From Mobula hypostoma (taxonomy: Eukaryota), in NCBI RefSeq assembly GCF_963921235.1, contig NC_086097.1, forward strand, positions 70,372,001 to 70,436,000: 64,000 nucleotides of DNA, read 5' to 3'. Below the pieces are notes generated by a model, which was not told the DNA's origin, did not search any database, and worked only from the letters and a program-made list of their open reading frames with translations. Positions within the stretch are counted from its first letter, which is position 1; each line of letters opens with the position of its first letter. The position numbers and the translations under genes are program-made. Shown piece after piece: positions 60,840-64,000 of this stretch.

Positions 60840-61200
60840 AAACACAAGAGATTCTGTAGGTACTGGGAATCCAGAGCAATACATACAAAATGCTGGAGGA
60901 ACTCAGCAGAATCATTCTCTCCTTCCGGTAATTTTTTCCCCTCCTCCTTCTCTCTTCCTCTCTTCCTCATTCTGGCCTCTTACCTCTTCTCCTCGCCTGT
61001 CTGTCAATTCCACCTGGTGCCTCTCCTTCTTCCCTTTCCCCCATGGTCCACTTTCCTCTGCTATCAGATTTCTTCTTCTCCAGCCCTTTACCTTTCCTCC
61101 CACCTGGCTTCACCTGTCACCTTCTAGCTTGGCCTCCTTCCTCTCCCCACACCTTTTCATTCTGGCGTCTTCCCCATTCCTTTCCAGTCCTGAAGAAGAC
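60840..61200. mobile_element. Fold-back Penelope-like fragment
   Basis: Antisense terminus 60840-60910, then sense 3' region ending CCAGTCCTGAAGAAG. Confidence 0.75.
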
Positions 61201-61942
61201 CGTTGGGTGGAGAGACTGCCCTGAACTATCTGACCTGCAGCTTAGCTGATAACCTGACCTGGCCCTTGAGGTTCTGATTCTAACCTCCATTTCTTCTCCC
61301 TTAGAGCCGCTCACCTCTACACTCTCCCTCTGAAAGTTTGATCAAGGCCAATGACTTTCTTGTGCAACTTTGTCCTTGCCAATTCTATTGTTTCCGCCAT
61401 TCCTTCATCCCTGAACCTTGGATCTCAGGGACTTTAGGCTCATGTAGTGGCACACCCCGGAGACAGGGTTTGTTAGTGTACCACACATCAGTGAATTCAT
61501 GAACCTCTCCGAGCAACAGGTGTTTTCTGGGTCAACATACCTAATTTGAGAATTCCCTGCTCCAGCACAGCAGCAGAGTTTAATCCTAAAAAGTCTAGGA
61601 AGAAAGGGTGTTTAGCTATTGGCTTCAGTGCAAGTACGTCAAGATTTGATAAATAATAATGGTGAAATATTGCTTCAGTTGTTTAAAAGCTATCTTTACA
61701 TTCATGATTGTGAAGGATGTGTGCATTAACCTGTTAAAACAACACTTGCAGATTTGCGGAATAACACTTCAAGATGGGCAGTTGTGGCTTTGCGTGAGGC
61801 ATATTGATGGATAGGAGATCTTGTGATGAAAGGCTTTTAACATTTTGTAAGGAAAAGGAATAACAAATTTTCATTGAAATCTCTTCACATCAAGATGCCT
61901 TTAAAGCCTGTCATATTATGAAGTTGAACATGCCTTAATTTA

Positions 61943-62172
61943 AAGCAACACACGCAAAATGCTGAAGGAACTCAGCAGGTCAGGCGGCATTTCCCCACCC
62001 CCACCTTTTTATTCTGGCATCTTCCCCCTTCCTTTCCAGTTCTGAAGAAGGGGCTCAGCCAAAAACGTCAACTGTTGTTCATCTCCATAGATGCTGCCTG
62101 ACCTGCTGAGTTGCTCCAGCATGTTGTGCGTGTCACTTTTGAATTTCTGCATCTGCAGAATTGTTCTTGTTT
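61943..62172. mobile_element. Short fold-back Penelope-derived element
   Basis: ATGCTGAAGGAACTCAGCAGGTCAGGCGGCAT ... ATGCTGCCTGACCTGCTGAGTTGCTCCAGCAT. Confidence 0.82.
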
Positions 62173-62654
62173 ATGTAATAGGTCATGACTGTTTATGTAG
62201 CTTGGGTTCGTTTTTTTTTTAGTTTCCCTTTATTTTTTTCTCTCCGTATGGTCCATGATTGCTACAATAGTTTACTGCCAGAGAGGTCTAGTCTTCTTGT
62301 ACATTTGTGGAAAATAGCAATTGTGTTTGAAATGAAATAAAAACCCATGAGAAATGGCAGAGGTAACTGAGGGTTATCTAGGTCCATTTTCGCTGGGGCT
62401 TGAATATTGCAAAAAAAAACACTTTGGATTAAATAACACTTTCCCAAACTCATGATGTTCTAGAGGACTTTACAAACTAAATATTTCCCTTTAAGTGTAA
62501 TCTCTTGTAATTTGGAATCAAATACAAATGTAAGGCTGAGGAGAGTTTAGGTTAGATTAGGATATTAGAAAACTGCCAAAGGCTGAACACTAGGTGAATA
62601 TGAAAGAAGAAACTCAACAACATAAAGCTAGAAATAATCAATTTTGGTACAGTC

Positions 62655-64000
62655 AACATGCATCAAAGTTGCTGGTGAACGCAGCAGGCCAGGCAGCATC
62701 TCTAGGAAGAGGTACAGTCGACGTTTCAGGCCGAGACCCTTCGTCAGGACTAACTGAAAGAAGAAATAATAAGATTTGAAAGTGGGAGGGGGAGGAGGAG
62801 ATCCAAAATGATAGGAGAAGACAGGAGGGGGAGGGATGGAGCCAAGAGCTGGACAGGTGATTGGCAAAAGGGATATGAGAGGATCATGGGACAGGAGGAC
62901 CGGGGAGAAAGACAAGGGCGGGGGGGAACCCAGAGGATGGGCAAGGGGTATAGTCAGAGGGACAGAGGGAAAGAAAGGAGAGTGAGAGGAAGAATGTGTG
63001 CATAAAAATGAGTAACAGATGGAGTACGAGGGGGAGGTGGGCCATAAGCGGAAGTTAGAGAAGTCAATGTTCATGCCATCAGTTTGGAGGCTACCCAGAT
63101 GGAATATAAGGTGTTGTTCCTCCAACCTGAGTGTGGCTTCATCTTTACAGTAGAGGAGGCCGTGGATAGACACGTCAGAATGGGAATGGGATGTGGAATT
63201 AAAATGTGTGGCCACTGGGAGATCCTGCTTTCTCTGGCAGGTGTTCAGCAAAGCGGTCTCCCAGTCTGCGTCGGGTCTCGCCAATATATAAAAGGCCACA
63301 TCGGGAGCACCGGACGCAGTATATCACCCCAGCCGACTCACAGGTGAAGTGTCGCCTCACCTGGAAGGACTGTCTGGGGCCCTGAATGGTGGTGAGGGAG
63401 GAAGTGTAAGGGCATGTGTAGCACTTGTTCCGCTTACAAGGATAAGTGCCAGGAGGGAGATCCGTGGGGAGGGATGGGAGGGACGAATGGACAAGGGAGT
63501 CACGTAGGGAGCGATCCCTGCGGAAAGCAGAGGGCGGGAGGGAAAGATGTGCTTAGTGGTGGGATCCCGTTGGAGGTGGCGGAATTTATGGAGAATAATA
63601 TGTTGGACCCTCCGCATCTGCTCTCAGGATGAGGCCTTTCATTCCAGGACGAGGGAGATGTCCTCCTTTTTTAAAGAAAGGGGCTTCCCTTCCTCCACCA
63701 TCAGCTCTGCTCTCAAATGCATCTCCCCCATTTCACGCACATCTGCTCTCACTCCATCCTCCCGCCACCCCACTAGGAATAGGGTTCCCCTTGTCCTCAC
63801 CTACCACCCTACCAGCCTCCGGGTCCAACATATAATGCTCCGTAACTTCCGCCACCTCCAATGGGATCCCACCACTAAGCACATCTTTCCCTCCCCCCCC
63901 TGCTTTCCGCAGGGATCGCTCCCTACGTGACTCCCTTGTCCATTCGTCCCCACCATCCCTCCCCACGGATCTCCCTCCTGGCACTTATCCTTGTAAGCGG
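62655..64000. mobile_element. Young Penelope-like element in inverted arrangement (minus arm 62655-~63610, plus arm ~63611 to window end)
   Basis: Minus arm has the GIY-YIG C-terminus (PVATHFN, EQHLIFHLGSLQ.DGMN); plus arm RICSQDEAF......MS.FF..RGFP...RVPLVLTYHP (RT thumb/linker); 63820-64000 is the reverse complement of ~63430-63610. Confidence 0.93.
62716..62751 (-). ncRNA. Minimal type I hammerhead ribozyme (Penelope-associated)
   Basis: Minus strand AGUC-CUGACGA-AGG(GUCUCGG)CCU-GAAAC-GUC^GACU: full CUGANGA / GAAA / NUH core, stem I AGUC:GACU, 3-bp stem II, palindromic ACGU in place of stem III. Confidence 0.8.

Overview
Eukaryotic, repeat-dense DNA with no recognisable host protein-coding gene, rRNA, tRNA gene or CRISPR array. 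The repeat mix (CR1 with (TTTCTATG)n tails, Rex1/Babar, Penelope-like elements, V- and CORE-SINEs) suggests a cartilaginous fish, probably a ray; this is inference. Nearly every long ORF is transposon-derived. The window holds three young CR1 LINEs (two with uninterrupted ORF2 remnants), several Rex1/Babar copies, Tx1 and L1 3' fragments, an internally deleted HERO-type element, a complete but decayed Gypsy chromovirus with both LTRs and a 5-bp TSD, two probable solo LTRs, and non-autonomous Tc1, pogo/Tigger-like, hAT and Harbinger elements, often nested. The most interesting signals are: (i) a minimal hammerhead ribozyme in the 3' end of the Penelope-like family, with the full core intact at 62716-62751; (ii) about ten fold-back Penelope-derived units, three with clear TSDs; (iii) a 135-bp inverted copy of nearby DNA at the 5' junction of a retro-insertion; (iv) a hAT derivative with a 6-bp TSD and three termini; (v) a possible tRNA-independent, self-priming PBS in the chromovirus. 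These are instances or variants of known phenomena, and I cannot support a wholly new biological system from this sequence. Family names come from motif recognition by eye, not database searches. Boundaries of decayed repeats are approximate.
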